From Marinicella sp. (GTDB lineage: Bacteria; Pseudomonadota; Gammaproteobacteria; Xanthomonadales; Marinicellaceae): a stretch of DNA of 64,000 bases. Position numbers and translations under genes: made by a program. This document shows positions 32,187 through 40,921 of this stretch, one piece after another (the first letter of the stretch is position 1; every line of letters starts with the position of its first letter). The notes beneath the pieces were generated by a model. That model had not been told where the DNA came from. It did not search any database and was given only the letters and a program-made list of their open reading frames with translations. The DNA is taken from NCBI GenBank assembly GCA_965230295.1, contig OZ246001.1, forward strand, positions 32,001 through 96,000. Reading direction: 5' to 3'.

Positions 32187-32238
32187 ATATTAACTTGTTT
32201 TGTCCAATAAGCAAACCAGAGTTTGCAGTTAACAAAAC

Positions 32239-32436
32239 TTATGCGTCAACCTCAGTTTCTTTCTCATCAAACTGAATCACTTCTTTACCGCGGTAAAAAC
32301 CTTCAGGGCTGACATGGTGGCGCAAGTGAGTCTCACCAGTTTCAGCTTCAATCGATAAAGTGCTCGCTTTTAATTTATCATGTCCACGTCTCATGCCTCT
32401 CTTAGAAGGTGTGACGCGGCTTTTTTGTACTGCCAT
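32239..32436 (-). CDS. rpmF: 50S ribosomal protein L32
   Basis: [17 protein letters not shown]...HLRHHV..GFYRG. Confidence 0.97.
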   Translation of the reverse strand: MAVQKSRVTPSKRGMRRGHDKLKASTLSIEAETGETHLRHHVSPEGFYRGKEVIQFDEKETEVDA

Positions 32437-32456
32437 TTTGATTCTCCAAAATTACT

Positions 32457-32975
32457 TTAATTCTTTGTCTTTAATTCTTTCAAGGCCGCAAAAGGATTCT
32501 CGGTTTCCTCTGCCACCGGATCACTGTCATGATCTGCCAAATACTGACTGTTCAACTCTGCCCCAGGTTTTAATGGAACATCTGGAATCATCAGCAAAAT
32601 TTCGTCTTCCAATAACGCCCTTGGATCCACTTGCATGTCCACCACCCATGAGGGCGAAACATTGGCGTCAAGCTTGTCTTCATCCTCCAACTCACTGATG
32701 AATCCAATGATGTTGGCGGATTTAAGCTCAAATTCAAATGTATCCAAACTTCTTTGACATATCAGTTCCAGTTTTGATTCAATGCGAATGGTTGCTTCAC
32801 CTAAAACCGATTTAGAGTGCCTAAACTGTATATCATATTTAACCAGAGCGTCGGTTGAATGAATTAATTCGGCCGGCATTCTGTCTAAATCTGAAAGCAA
32901 CAACTCACCATGCAACTGCCATTCTTTTCTTACAGCTGCATTCAGTTCTATTGAATCTGGTAGTGATTTAGCCAT
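32457..32975 (-). CDS. yceD: YceD/DUF177 family protein
   Basis: LICQRSL, LLEDEILL, ENPFAALK; lies upstream of rpmF. Confidence 0.92.
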   Translation of the reverse strand: MAKSLPDSIELNAAVRKEWQLHGELLLSDLDRMPAELIHSTDALVKYDIQFRHSKSVLGEATIRIESKLELICQRSLDTFEFELKSANIIGFISELEDEDKLDANVSPSWVVDMQVDPRALLEDEILLMIPDVPLKPGAELNSQYLADHDSDPVAEETENPFAALKELKTKN

Positions 32976-33135
32976 AGCCGGCGAATTCTACTGGTTTTAA
33001 CACGTGATTGCAAACCAAATAACGAGTTTTTATTGGTTAATAATTATATACAATCTGAATCTGATTTTCATAGAAAAAGTGCTGCTTTTTCTGCATTTAG
33101 AGGTTTTGCCTGATCTGCCACAATGATTTAAAATC

Positions 33136-33753
33136 ATGTCATACTTTGGTATCATAAACACCACATGCAAATCAGACCCAGCCGTGCACATTCAAAAACA
33201 TGCCTTAGGCTATGAAAACCTCTTAGAAGACCGAAACAGACTACATATTGAATTATTGGTAATCCACTGTACTGAGCTGCCAGACTTGGCCACAGCAAGA
33301 TCCTACGGTGAAGCCATTCATTACAGTTCTGGTACTGGTAATTCTGGACACTATTATATAGATAGAAATGGAGAGGTTTATCAATGGGTTAAACCAGAAA
33401 AAGTGGCACACCACGTGAAAGGACACAACAAGCAATCAATTGGCATAGAACTGGTTAACCTGGGCCGTTATCCGGACTGGCATCACAGCCGGAACCAAGA
33501 ACCCACTGAAGTTTACCCAGACAAACAAATATCGGCACTGGTGTCTTTAATCAAGCACTTACAATCTCTATTGCCCAATTTAAAGCACATTGCAGGACAT
33601 GAAGACTTGGACCAAGACCAAATTCCAGCCACCGATGACCCTGCGGTAAGCGTCCGCCGGAAAATTGACCCGGGTCCATTGTTTCCATGGGACCAGGTGA
33701 TGCAACAAACCAACTTAATCAACATAGGCAGTCACGCAAAAAATTATGAATGA
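33136..33753 (+). CDS. N-acetylmuramoyl-L-alanine amidase (Amidase_2, AmpD/AmiD-like); start may be GTG 33184
   Basis: VIHCTE, SGHYYI, SIGIELVN, IAGHEDL, KIDPGPLFPW. Confidence 0.88.
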   Translation: MSYFGIINTTCKSDPAVHIQKHALGYENLLEDRNRLHIELLVIHCTELPDLATARSYGEAIHYSSGTGNSGHYYIDRNGEVYQWVKPEKVAHHVKGHNKQSIGIELVNLGRYPDWHHSRNQEPTEVYPDKQISALVSLIKHLQSLLPNLKHIAGHEDLDQDQIPATDDPAVSVRRKIDPGPLFPWDQVMQQTNLINIGSHAKNYE

Positions 33754-34609
33754 ACTAGATAAATTACTCCGTTATTTCGAACTTGAACATCTGGAAGAGA
33801 ATTTGTTTCGAGGCCAGTCTTTAGATATTGGCACAGGCCGGATATTTGGTGGGCAAGCCTTATCTCAAGCATTAGAAGCTGCCTACTTAACCACCAGAGA
33901 CCAACAAGTCCATTCACTGCATGCCTACTTTCTGCGCGAAGGAGATTGCAACAAACCTGTGGTTTATCAAGTTGAACGTGCTCGTGACGGCCGAACATTC
34001 AGCAATCGACGGGTTTCAGCGATTCAGAATGGTAAACCCATTTTGATTTTGGCTTGTTCGTTTCAAAAATTTGAAGCCGGCATGGAACACCAAAAGGCCA
34101 TACCTGACGTTCCGATGCCTGATGACCTCACTGAAAAAACTTTGATACCCGGTGACAAAATCAAACAACTGTCACCCAGAATGCGTCGAACACTGACCAC
34201 CCAGGGTCCTTTTGAATTTCGGTTTGTTGATGATGTTGATCCTTTTGACAGTGAAGCCAAAGATCCCATCAAACGCATTTGGTTCAAAGCCAGACATCCA
34301 TTGGACGCCGAACAATACATGCACCGCACCTTACTGACATTTGTATCAGATTACCATTTGGTATCAACCGCAACACTACCACACGGCGTTTCATACCTAG
34401 ACCCCAAGTTGCAGTTTGCCAGTTTAGATCATGCCATGTGGTTTCACCGACCTTTTCAAATTGACGATTGGCTGTTGTATGACTGTGACAGTCCCAGTGC
34501 TTCAGAAGCCAGGGGGTTTGCCACAGGGCATGTCTTTGATATCAATGGTAATTTAGTGGCATCTACTGCACAACAAGGCCTGATGAGAATGTGGGATAAA
34601 ACTGAATAA
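33746..34609 (+). CDS. tesB: Acyl-CoA thioesterase II
   Basis: IFGGQ, HSLHAYFL, SLDHAMWFHRP, QQGLMR. Confidence 0.93.
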   Translation: MNELDKLLRYFELEHLEENLFRGQSLDIGTGRIFGGQALSQALEAAYLTTRDQQVHSLHAYFLREGDCNKPVVYQVERARDGRTFSNRRVSAIQNGKPILILACSFQKFEAGMEHQKAIPDVPMPDDLTEKTLIPGDKIKQLSPRMRRTLTTQGPFEFRFVDDVDPFDSEAKDPIKRIWFKARHPLDAEQYMHRTLLTFVSDYHLVSTATLPHGVSYLDPKLQFASLDHAMWFHRPFQIDDWLLYDCDSPSASEARGFATGHVFDINGNLVASTAQQGLMRMWDKTE

Positions 34610-34610
34610 C

Positions 34611-35444
34611 ATGAAAAGGTATTTTTTGATTACTTTGGGGTCACTGCTTTTGGCTTCTGCCATTGCTTTCTTCTTACTCCCAGCAAAAATTGTCACTGGC
34701 GGAACGCCTGGCATGGGTATCTTGGTCCATTTATTATTCCCAATTCCAGTCGGGGTTGCCATGTTACTGATCAACATCCCTTTGATTTTGATCGGCTTGA
34801 AATTCATAGATTCAGGTTTTGCTGTCAGAAGCATTTATTCCATGGTGTTAACGGCTGCAGCCGTTGACCTGCTAAAAATTTATATAGAAATCCCCGAGAT
34901 TCAAAGCATGCTTTTATCCACCCTCTATGGCGGCATTTTCGCTGGTTTGGGCGTGGGTCTGGTCTTAAAAGGACATGCATCGGCTGGAGGCACTACGATT
35001 GTGGCCAAGATCATTGCCAACTACACCCATTTAAAGGCAGCTCAAGTTCTCTTGATTATGGACAGCATGATCATCCTGACGATCGGACTGATATTCAAGG
35101 ACATGGAAAAAATCCTGTGGAGTATGATCAGTATTTATGTCACAGCACAAGTGATTGACCGCATATTAACAGGCACGGTCAGAGAAAAAACCATCAACAT
35201 TGTGTCTTCCAAACTAGATGAAATCGCCCAAGCCATTTCAACGCATATGCACCGAGATGGCACCATTCTTTCTGGACAAAACTTAACCGGAGAACACACC
35301 AAACAGATCTTGTTTGTGGTGATAGACACCCGTCACATCAATCAACTGAAAGAATTGGTGTTGGGTATTGATGACAAAGCCCTGATGGTCACCATGCAAG
35401 CCAGTGAAATGATGGGCGACAGTCGCATTTCCAGGGTCAGTTAG
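34611..35444 (+). CDS. YitT family membrane protein
   Basis: TGGTPG, INIPL, SAGGTTI, C-terminal DDKAL (DUF2179-like). Confidence 0.88.
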   Translation: MKRYFLITLGSLLLASAIAFFLLPAKIVTGGTPGMGILVHLLFPIPVGVAMLLINIPLILIGLKFIDSGFAVRSIYSMVLTAAAVDLLKIYIEIPEIQSMLLSTLYGGIFAGLGVGLVLKGHASAGGTTIVAKIIANYTHLKAAQVLLIMDSMIILTIGLIFKDMEKILWSMISIYVTAQVIDRILTGTVREKTINIVSSKLDEIAQAISTHMHRDGTILSGQNLTGEHTKQILFVVIDTRHINQLKELVLGIDDKALMVTMQASEMMGDSRISRVS

Positions 35445-36853
35445 GGCTCTTTTGCTGCCGTTGAAGCATTGGACCCTGCTTTTGCTTTGATGATGGCAAT
35501 TCCTAAGTACGCAAACGTAATGGCTACTATTGGGTTCAATAAATTCAGCAAGGCATAGGGTGCAAATTCCATCACCGCAATGCCCAAAGTGGCGGTATAG
35601 AATGCACCTGATGTGGTCCAAGGAATCAGGCCTGCCAACAAGGTCACACCCTCTTCTACAGAACGGGATAAGACCGAAGCATCAATACCAAGCTTCTTAT
35701 AGGCTTTCTGATAAAGTTGTGAGTTCAATATGATGGCAATATACCCCTCTCCCAAAGCAGCAATGGTCAAAAATCCCGTCCCTATGGTAGAGGCCACCAA
35801 CGAGCCGGTCGATTTGATTCTGTTGATCATGCGGCCTAACAAAGCCAACACAAAACCCGCACCCTGTAAAATACCACCCAATGCGATCGCAATGAATGCC
35901 AACATCAAAGTCCAGGCCATGCTGAAAAGCCCCCCACGACCCAGTAAATCATTGAGGTTTTCAATACCGGTATCGGGCTTGGTGTTGGACCACAAAGCAT
36001 GAGCCATTTCCTGAATGCTGGTGCCCTGAAATAACAACGCAATCAATGTAGCTGCAAATACACACGCAGTCATACTGATTTCAGCTGCAAACTTTCGATA
36101 ACTTAAGACAAATAACACCACCACTGGCCAAATGGTAATCAATGGATTAAGGTTAAAGTGCGCTGCCAATGCCTGTTGAATCAAGTTGATTTGATCAGTG
36201 ACGTGTTCTCCAACCTCAATAGACACACCGACGACAGCAAAGATCACCACCACCAAACCAAATGTGGGCATGGTGGTTCTCATCATTGATCGTATGTGGG
36301 CGTACAAATCAGTTTCTGCACTCATGGCAGCCAAGTTAGTGGTGTCCGAAATCGGTGACATTTTATCGCCAAAAGTGGCACCAGAAACCACCATACCAGC
36401 AACCCAGTACAAAGGCATTTCCATGGCTGTTCCCATGCCCATAAACACCACACCCAAAGTTCCAACCGTTCCCCACGAGGTCCCTGTCAGCAATGACATC
36501 AGCGCGCACAACACAAAGCCGATTGGCAAAAATAACTGCGGGGACAACCAATCCAAACCATAGTAGATCAGTGTTGCTACGGTACCACTTTTCATCAGTG
36601 CAGCGATGACCAGGCCTATCAACAGAAATATATACGTGGCTGGCAAAGCTTTGGTGATCGCAGCACTCATCATTTCCCTGATGGTTTCATAACGATAACC
36701 TAAAACCCTGGCATTGATAGCCACCCATACCAAGGCCACAAACAACACCACATGCAACAACTGATCCAAAACAAACATGCCAGCAGCCACCATAGCGAAT
36801 AAACCAAGAAACACCAATAAGGCATGTGAAAAATGGACTTGTTTAACGGACAT
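35441..36853 (-). CDS. NhaC family Na+/H+ antiporter / amino-acid transporter
   Basis: GTSWGTVGT, GATFGDKMSPISDTTN, LIPW. Confidence 0.9.
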   Translation of the reverse strand: MSVKQVHFSHALLVFLGLFAMVAAGMFVLDQLLHVVLFVALVWVAINARVLGYRYETIREMMSAAITKALPATYIFLLIGLVIAALMKSGTVATLIYYGLDWLSPQLFLPIGFVLCALMSLLTGTSWGTVGTLGVVFMGMGTAMEMPLYWVAGMVVSGATFGDKMSPISDTTNLAAMSAETDLYAHIRSMMRTTMPTFGLVVVIFAVVGVSIEVGEHVTDQINLIQQALAAHFNLNPLITIWPVVVLFVLSYRKFAAEISMTACVFAATLIALLFQGTSIQEMAHALWSNTKPDTGIENLNDLLGRGGLFSMAWTLMLAFIAIALGGILQGAGFVLALLGRMINRIKSTGSLVASTIGTGFLTIAALGEGYIAIILNSQLYQKAYKKLGIDASVLSRSVEEGVTLLAGLIPWTTSGAFYTATLGIAVMEFAPYALLNLLNPIVAITFAYLGIAIIKAKAGSNASTAAKEP

Positions 36854-37043
36854 GGCTAAGTAGTTATTGTTAATTATTGATGAGTATAAAACATTTTTTA
36901 ATTTGATGTCTGTCTCGAAATGATCTGTTCAGTTCGAGCACATGATAAGAACCATTGAATCAGTCTTACCTGTAATAAGCTTACAATTTAACTTTGCACC
37001 ATTCCATTTAATAATAAAAAACGGTACAATCCACACCCCACGC

Positions 37044-37134
37044 GGTGAGGTGTCTGAGTGGTTGAAGGAGCTCGCCTGGAAAGCGGGTATACGTTAATAG
37101 CGTATCGAGGGTTCGAATCCCTCTCTCACCGCCA
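37044..37134 (+). tRNA. tRNA-Ser (anticodon GGA)
   Basis: GGTGAGG acceptor stem pairing with TCTCACC-GCCA; ctcgc-ctGGAaa-gcggg anticodon arm; long variable arm; GGTTCGAATCC T-loop; encoded CCA. Confidence 0.97.
37121..37134 (+). repeat. attL core (tRNA 3' end)
   Basis: ctctctcaccgcca identical to 42312-42325. Confidence 0.9.
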
Positions 37135-37188
37135 CTAATTAAGCATATGCCATTGATATTATTGACTTTTATTTTATTAGTGAGAAAA

Positions 37189-37210
37189 GGAACCGTCATA
37201 AAGACCGACA
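37189..37210 (+). promoter_or_regulatory. Putative integrase arm-type sites, left end
   Basis: ggaaccgtca followed by a degenerate gaccgaca; same motif as the tandem repeat at 42172-42195. Confidence 0.6.
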
Positions 37211-37296
37211 AAACTATTTGTTAATTATTTTTAAAATCAATAGTTATCGCACCGCAGGTAAGTATCAGATTCTCGAATTATTCAGTTTCGATGGAA

Positions 37297-37427
37297 TGTG
37301 GGTAAAGGGTGAATTTAGTGTGGGTAAGCTGTTGTTAAGCTTTAAACAGTACGTGCATTACCCATTCAATCATTGCCTTATCAATAGCTTATCCACACGG
37401 CTGAAAGAAATTCATGCTTTATCCATA
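37297..37427. promoter_or_regulatory. Cluster of DnaA-box-like 9-mers in inverted arrangement
   Basis: tgtgggtaa 37297 and 37319, tgttgttaa 37330, ttatcaata 37378, perfect TTATCCACA 37389, ttatccata 37419. Confidence 0.6.
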
Positions 37428-37579
37428 TGGAATCGACCCAAATCCTTCAGTTAAGATTTCTAACATAATAGAATTTTAGAGCAGGTATCAATATTAGCTC
37501 TAAAGTAAATTAAGTACATATAAAAAAATCATTTGCTTCAAAAGCTTAACGTACAAATGTTATGATGCTTATCATTGGT

Positions 37580-37628
37580 AAATTACGATTTTCAATTTAA
37601 AAACAATGCACAAGATAAATCGTAATTT
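37580..37628. promoter_or_regulatory. 12-bp perfect inverted repeat upstream of the cargo gene (putative operator)
   Basis: aaattacgattt-N25-aaatcgtaattt. Confidence 0.4.
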
Positions 37629-37666
37629 TTTTGATTACATTGAGAGTATAAAAGGGTGGGATAAGA

Positions 37667-38146
37667 ATGATTAGAATATTATTAGCTTTATTAATTTCTT
37701 CAATATTAGTGGGATGTGGCAGTAGCAGGTATGCAATAAAATATGATTCACAGCCTCAAGGTGCAACAGTTGTTTGTAATGGTCAAAATTTGGGATATAC
37801 ACCACAAGTTCGCTACTATGACAAGAAGAAAGTCATGTCTCAAACTAAAATTGACATGAGCGAATGTTATGCAAAGTGGTCTAGTGGGGCAATGGCAAAA
37901 TATGGCGCATTCTCTCCAAGCCAATATCCTGATGGTGTTACTAACACTTTACCAAGACCAAATGTACCTGGCTATCAACAAGATGCTGAATTTGAACTCA
38001 AGGTCAAACAAATGCAAAACCAAAACAATCAAAGCCAGCAGAACAACCAGAATTCAAATAAAATAAGATGTCGAAGGACTATTGGCGGTGAAGTAACAGA
38101 ATTCACAGGATCGTTTTGTCCAGTAGGTTACTTCCCAGCAGGTTAA
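37667..38146 (+). CDS. Island cargo lipoprotein with PEGA-like domain
   Basis: Lipobox LVGC; DSQPQGATVVCNGQNLGYTP; Q/N-rich linker; Cys pair in C-terminal tail. Confidence 0.8.
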   Translation: MIRILLALLISSILVGCGSSRYAIKYDSQPQGATVVCNGQNLGYTPQVRYYDKKKVMSQTKIDMSECYAKWSSGAMAKYGAFSPSQYPDGVTNTLPRPNVPGYQQDAEFELKVKQMQNQNNQSQQNNQNSNKIRCRRTIGGEVTEFTGSFCPVGYFPAG

Positions 38147-38579
38147 TTTATCTGATAGCTATAAAACTATAGGGCATACTAAAATATAAGCAGTATGAGT
38201 CAACTGGTTTGTTTTAATTTGATTCAGACTTAACACTGGACTGATAAAGCATCTAGTGGGGGGGGTATTCGGTTTCGACAATACTTTTTTTATACATACT
38301 GCAACGGTAAATAAGTTAGATATTTTCTTTAAGTTTTTAGTCACGCAATCCTCAAAATACCAATTTTATTCATATAGGCTGCATGTAGTAAGATTTTCAA
38401 AATATGGCAATTCAATCATATAGTTTTTACTTGGTGTACTGGTAGTTCAAACTTGTTCTGATACCCTCATTTCTCTTAGCATGGATACCTATTTTGTAAT
38501 TGGTTTGCTGTATAGGGGTACTATAGGATCAAGATTTTTCAAGTCGCTATATAGTTTCTTCAACCTTTGGGGTATAAAT

Positions 38580-38656
38580 GTGGAATAACTGGCAAAACTG
38601 GTATAACTGAATGTTTCTGCCAGTCACAGATTTTCCAGATATACCAGTATTACCAC
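38580..38656. repeat. Inverted arrays of 9-bp repeats (putative replication origin)
   Basis: gtggaataa-ctggcaaaa-ctggtataa-ctg facing ttttccag-atataccag-tattaccac, just downstream of the ATPase gene. Confidence 0.55.
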
Positions 38657-38707
38657 TTTTAAAACCATATTATAAAAATACGGTTAGATTAAATCGAATT
38701 CATTTAA

Positions 38708-39733
38708 TCAGGTTTTGTTGAGTGAATAAATTGATTGATTGTGACTTCCTGTGGTTTTCGTCCAAAGTTCATCCGAAAATTTAGCCAATGCCTGATCAAC
38801 CTTTCTTCTCGATGGTTTAAATGGATCACCTGACAGCTTTAATTGTTGTTGAATATCAGTTTGGTTCAAAGGATGATCTGCCAATACCTTTTCAATAAAA
38901 GTAATTTCTTTTTTCCATTTTTCTTTTTCATCTGACTTTTGTTTTGCTTGCTTCTGAGTTGAGGCCTGTTGGTTGGTTAATTTAGCAACACCATTAATCA
39001 TGTCTTCATAAGTTAAAGAATCATTTTTCATATACTGATAAGACACCTTTGAAGCGACCTTCCCTCTGTCCTTGATATTGCGAAATTCAACCACTTGGCT
39101 TTCTGCTTCTGGATCAGACATTTTGTATATTGCATAGGCGCAATCACAATCACTCAACGTGTCACCAGTGCCCTCATAAACAAGTTCACCGTCAGCATCC
39201 AAATGTTTGTTGGTATGCCCTGCAATGATGACTGTGGCTCCGTTAATGCATAAGGAACGAAGCTCCTCAAAAAATTCTGAGAGTGATGCCTTTGACATCA
39301 TGTCAGTAAACTTTTTCAGAGTATCCAACACGATGACTTTGTTTTTTAGATTTCCCTCATTAGCAATTTTTGAAAACATTTCCATGATCTTCGCTGGAGA
39401 GGATTTTGCTTCATGAGGGTTAATCATATGAAAGTTGTATTTGTTTGCCATTTGACCTTTAACGAATAAACCATTGTAGTTATCATCCGCATTGATATAA
39501 AAAACATCACTTCCGCTAATTCGACCTGCTTTTATGGATTCGATTAAAAAAGACAAAATGAGCAATGTTTTACCAGTATTGGGTTGCGCATAGAAAAGTG
39601 TAATTTGACCCAATAATGCCATCTCATCGATGGCAAAATCGGTTCTCAATAAATTGTTGCCAACCTCGGTTAGCCTGCGTGTCACAGAGAGTTCAGCAAG
39701 CTCTTGAAGTGTATTTTGCTTCATTCGAGCCAC
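38708..39733 (-). CDS. RecA-like/AAA_25 ATPase (putative replicative helicase), no primase domain
   Basis: Walker A AQPNTGKT, Walker B VIVLDTL, AGHTNK motif; possible C-terminal wHTH. Confidence 0.75.
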   Translation of the reverse strand: MARMKQNTLQELAELSVTRRLTEVGNNLLRTDFAIDEMALLGQITLFYAQPNTGKTLLILSFLIESIKAGRISGSDVFYINADDNYNGLFVKGQMANKYNFHMINPHEAKSSPAKIMEMFSKIANEGNLKNKVIVLDTLKKFTDMMSKASLSEFFEELRSLCINGATVIIAGHTNKHLDADGELVYEGTGDTLSDCDCAYAIYKMSDPEAESQVVEFRNIKDRGKVASKVSYQYMKNDSLTYEDMINGVAKLTNQQASTQKQAKQKSDEKEKWKKEITFIEKVLADHPLNQTDIQQQLKLSGDPFKPSRRKVDQALAKFSDELWTKTTGSHNQSIYSLNKT

Positions 39734-39996
39734 CCAACTAAAGTGTAATGCACAATTCGCTGGTGAAGCCTGCCTGTTTTGTCAATTGCATCTTTTTTAA
39801 CTTTGCCAATTATGGCTCCTTGTTTTGACAGACTGGCTATGATTTGAGATGGGTACATGACACCCATGTCCTTTAAATCGATGGTGCTGACTTCTTTCTT
39901 TTCAAAAAGTAATGCAATGACCATAGATTTTTGGCTGCATGAACTTGATGAGGTTCTGTAAGCATTGATTTGTTTAATTAAGTTATTTATATTCAT
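39721..39996 (-). CDS. Small winged helix-turn-helix protein (HTH_39-like)
   Basis: SQ..VIALL...VSTIDL..MGV..PS.IIASL...G..I...GRLHQRIVHYTL pattern; overlaps the ATPase start. Confidence 0.7.
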   Translation of the reverse strand: MNINNLIKQINAYRTSSSSCSQKSMVIALLFEKKEVSTIDLKDMGVMYPSQIIASLSKQGAIIGKVKKDAIDKTGRLHQRIVHYTLVGWLE

Positions 39997-40063
39997 ATAT
40001 CCTCCAAAGGTATATGCACTAAATAATCAAAACTGGGTTATAATGGTTTTGCAAATTAAAACG

Positions 40064-40097
40064 AGACCCGTTAATGATTATTCATTGCGGGTTTTTT
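40064..40097. terminator. Hairpin between alpA and the wHTH gene
   Basis: acccgttaatga-tta-ttcattgcgggt imperfect stem followed by T run. Confidence 0.5.
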
Positions 40098-40335
40098 ATT
40101 TGTTGTTAACGCTTTCTGGGTGAGTTGAGTTTTTTTGATCTCTTTCCTTGATTCTATTTTCAATCCACTCAAGTACCTCATCCTCAATCCAGGCAACTGA
40201 AGAACCACCTGGTATAAGTTGAATACTATTTGGAAAAAGGTTTCTGTTTCTGAGATCGTAAATATAGCTCTTTGAAAGCCCTGTGATCTTCGTGACTTCT
40301 TTGATTCGTATTAATCTGCTTGCGGTTTTCATCAA
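40096..40335 (-). CDS. alpA: AlpA family excisionase/transcriptional regulator
   Basis: RLIRIKEVTKITGLSKSYIY...FP..I......VAWIEDEVLEWI. Confidence 0.92.
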   Translation of the reverse strand: MMKTASRLIRIKEVTKITGLSKSYIYDLRNRNLFPNSIQLIPGGSSVAWIEDEVLEWIENRIKERDQKNSTHPESVNNK

Positions 40336-40465
40336 TTTTGACTCCGTAAATGTTAATGAACGTAGGCTCTTATTTGTTCCTAAGAACCCTTTACGGTGTC
40401 GATAATACGATTTGTGCTTTTGAAAAAAGAGTGTAAGAAATTGAGTTTTTTTACACCCCTAAAAT

Positions 40466-40894
40466 TTATTCAATCGAATTCTTATTATTTTCTATTGTCT
40501 GAAAAATACTGTTCTTAATATTTCTATATTTGCCGTCTTTGTATTTTCTTAGTAGGGTTTCTGGATTCACATTATTTTCTAATGCAATTTGCTCTATAGC
40601 AGTTTCTTGCTTTTCATTTGTTAGCGCAATATGTAAGGCAACATCTTGAACTAGTAATCGCCATTTATTTTTAGTTTCTACTTGTTTTTTACCAGTAAAC
40701 TTTTCTAATAGTATTTCCTGAAGAATTGGCTTTAACTCATTTGGAATTGGGTCATCTATCATTACATGGCTCCATATTGCAGCCCTAGCCATGTATCCAT
40801 TATCATTTAAGTTTCTATATTCTCCCAATCTAAGCCGTTCTTCTTTATCAAGTGAGATTTGATCCTTCAATATATGTTCATCAAGTTTACTCAT
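40466..40894 (-). CDS. Hypothetical protein between int and alpA, possible C-terminal HTH
   Basis: 142-aa ORF with RBS (aaaggt); AIEQIALENNVNPETLLRKY is HTH-like. Confidence 0.7.
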   Translation of the reverse strand: MSKLDEHILKDQISLDKEERLRLGEYRNLNDNGYMARAAIWSHVMIDDPIPNELKPILQEILLEKFTGKKQVETKNKWRLLVQDVALHIALTNEKQETAIEQIALENNVNPETLLRKYKDGKYRNIKNSIFQTIENNKNSIE

Positions 40895-40921
40895 TTCATT
40901 TACCTTTCTTCATTACAAAAC

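Noticed and set aside
37008-37211. 67-aa minus-strand ORF
   Set aside because: Antisense to tRNA-Ser (GGERGIRTL is the usual tRNA shadow translation)
37218-37454. 78-aa ORF at the island left end
   Set aside because: TTG start, no motif, and overlaps the DnaA-box array; better explained as cis-acting DNA
38237-38247. 11-mer tggactgataa, also at 42221-42231
   Set aside because: A single short match that could be chance; no supporting architecture
38159-38344. 61-aa ORF and G8 run (38258-38265) as a possible cos/packaging site
   Set aside because: ORF is unsupported. G-runs occur near some phage cos sites, but a homopolymer alone is insufficient evidence and no terminase or HNH gene is present
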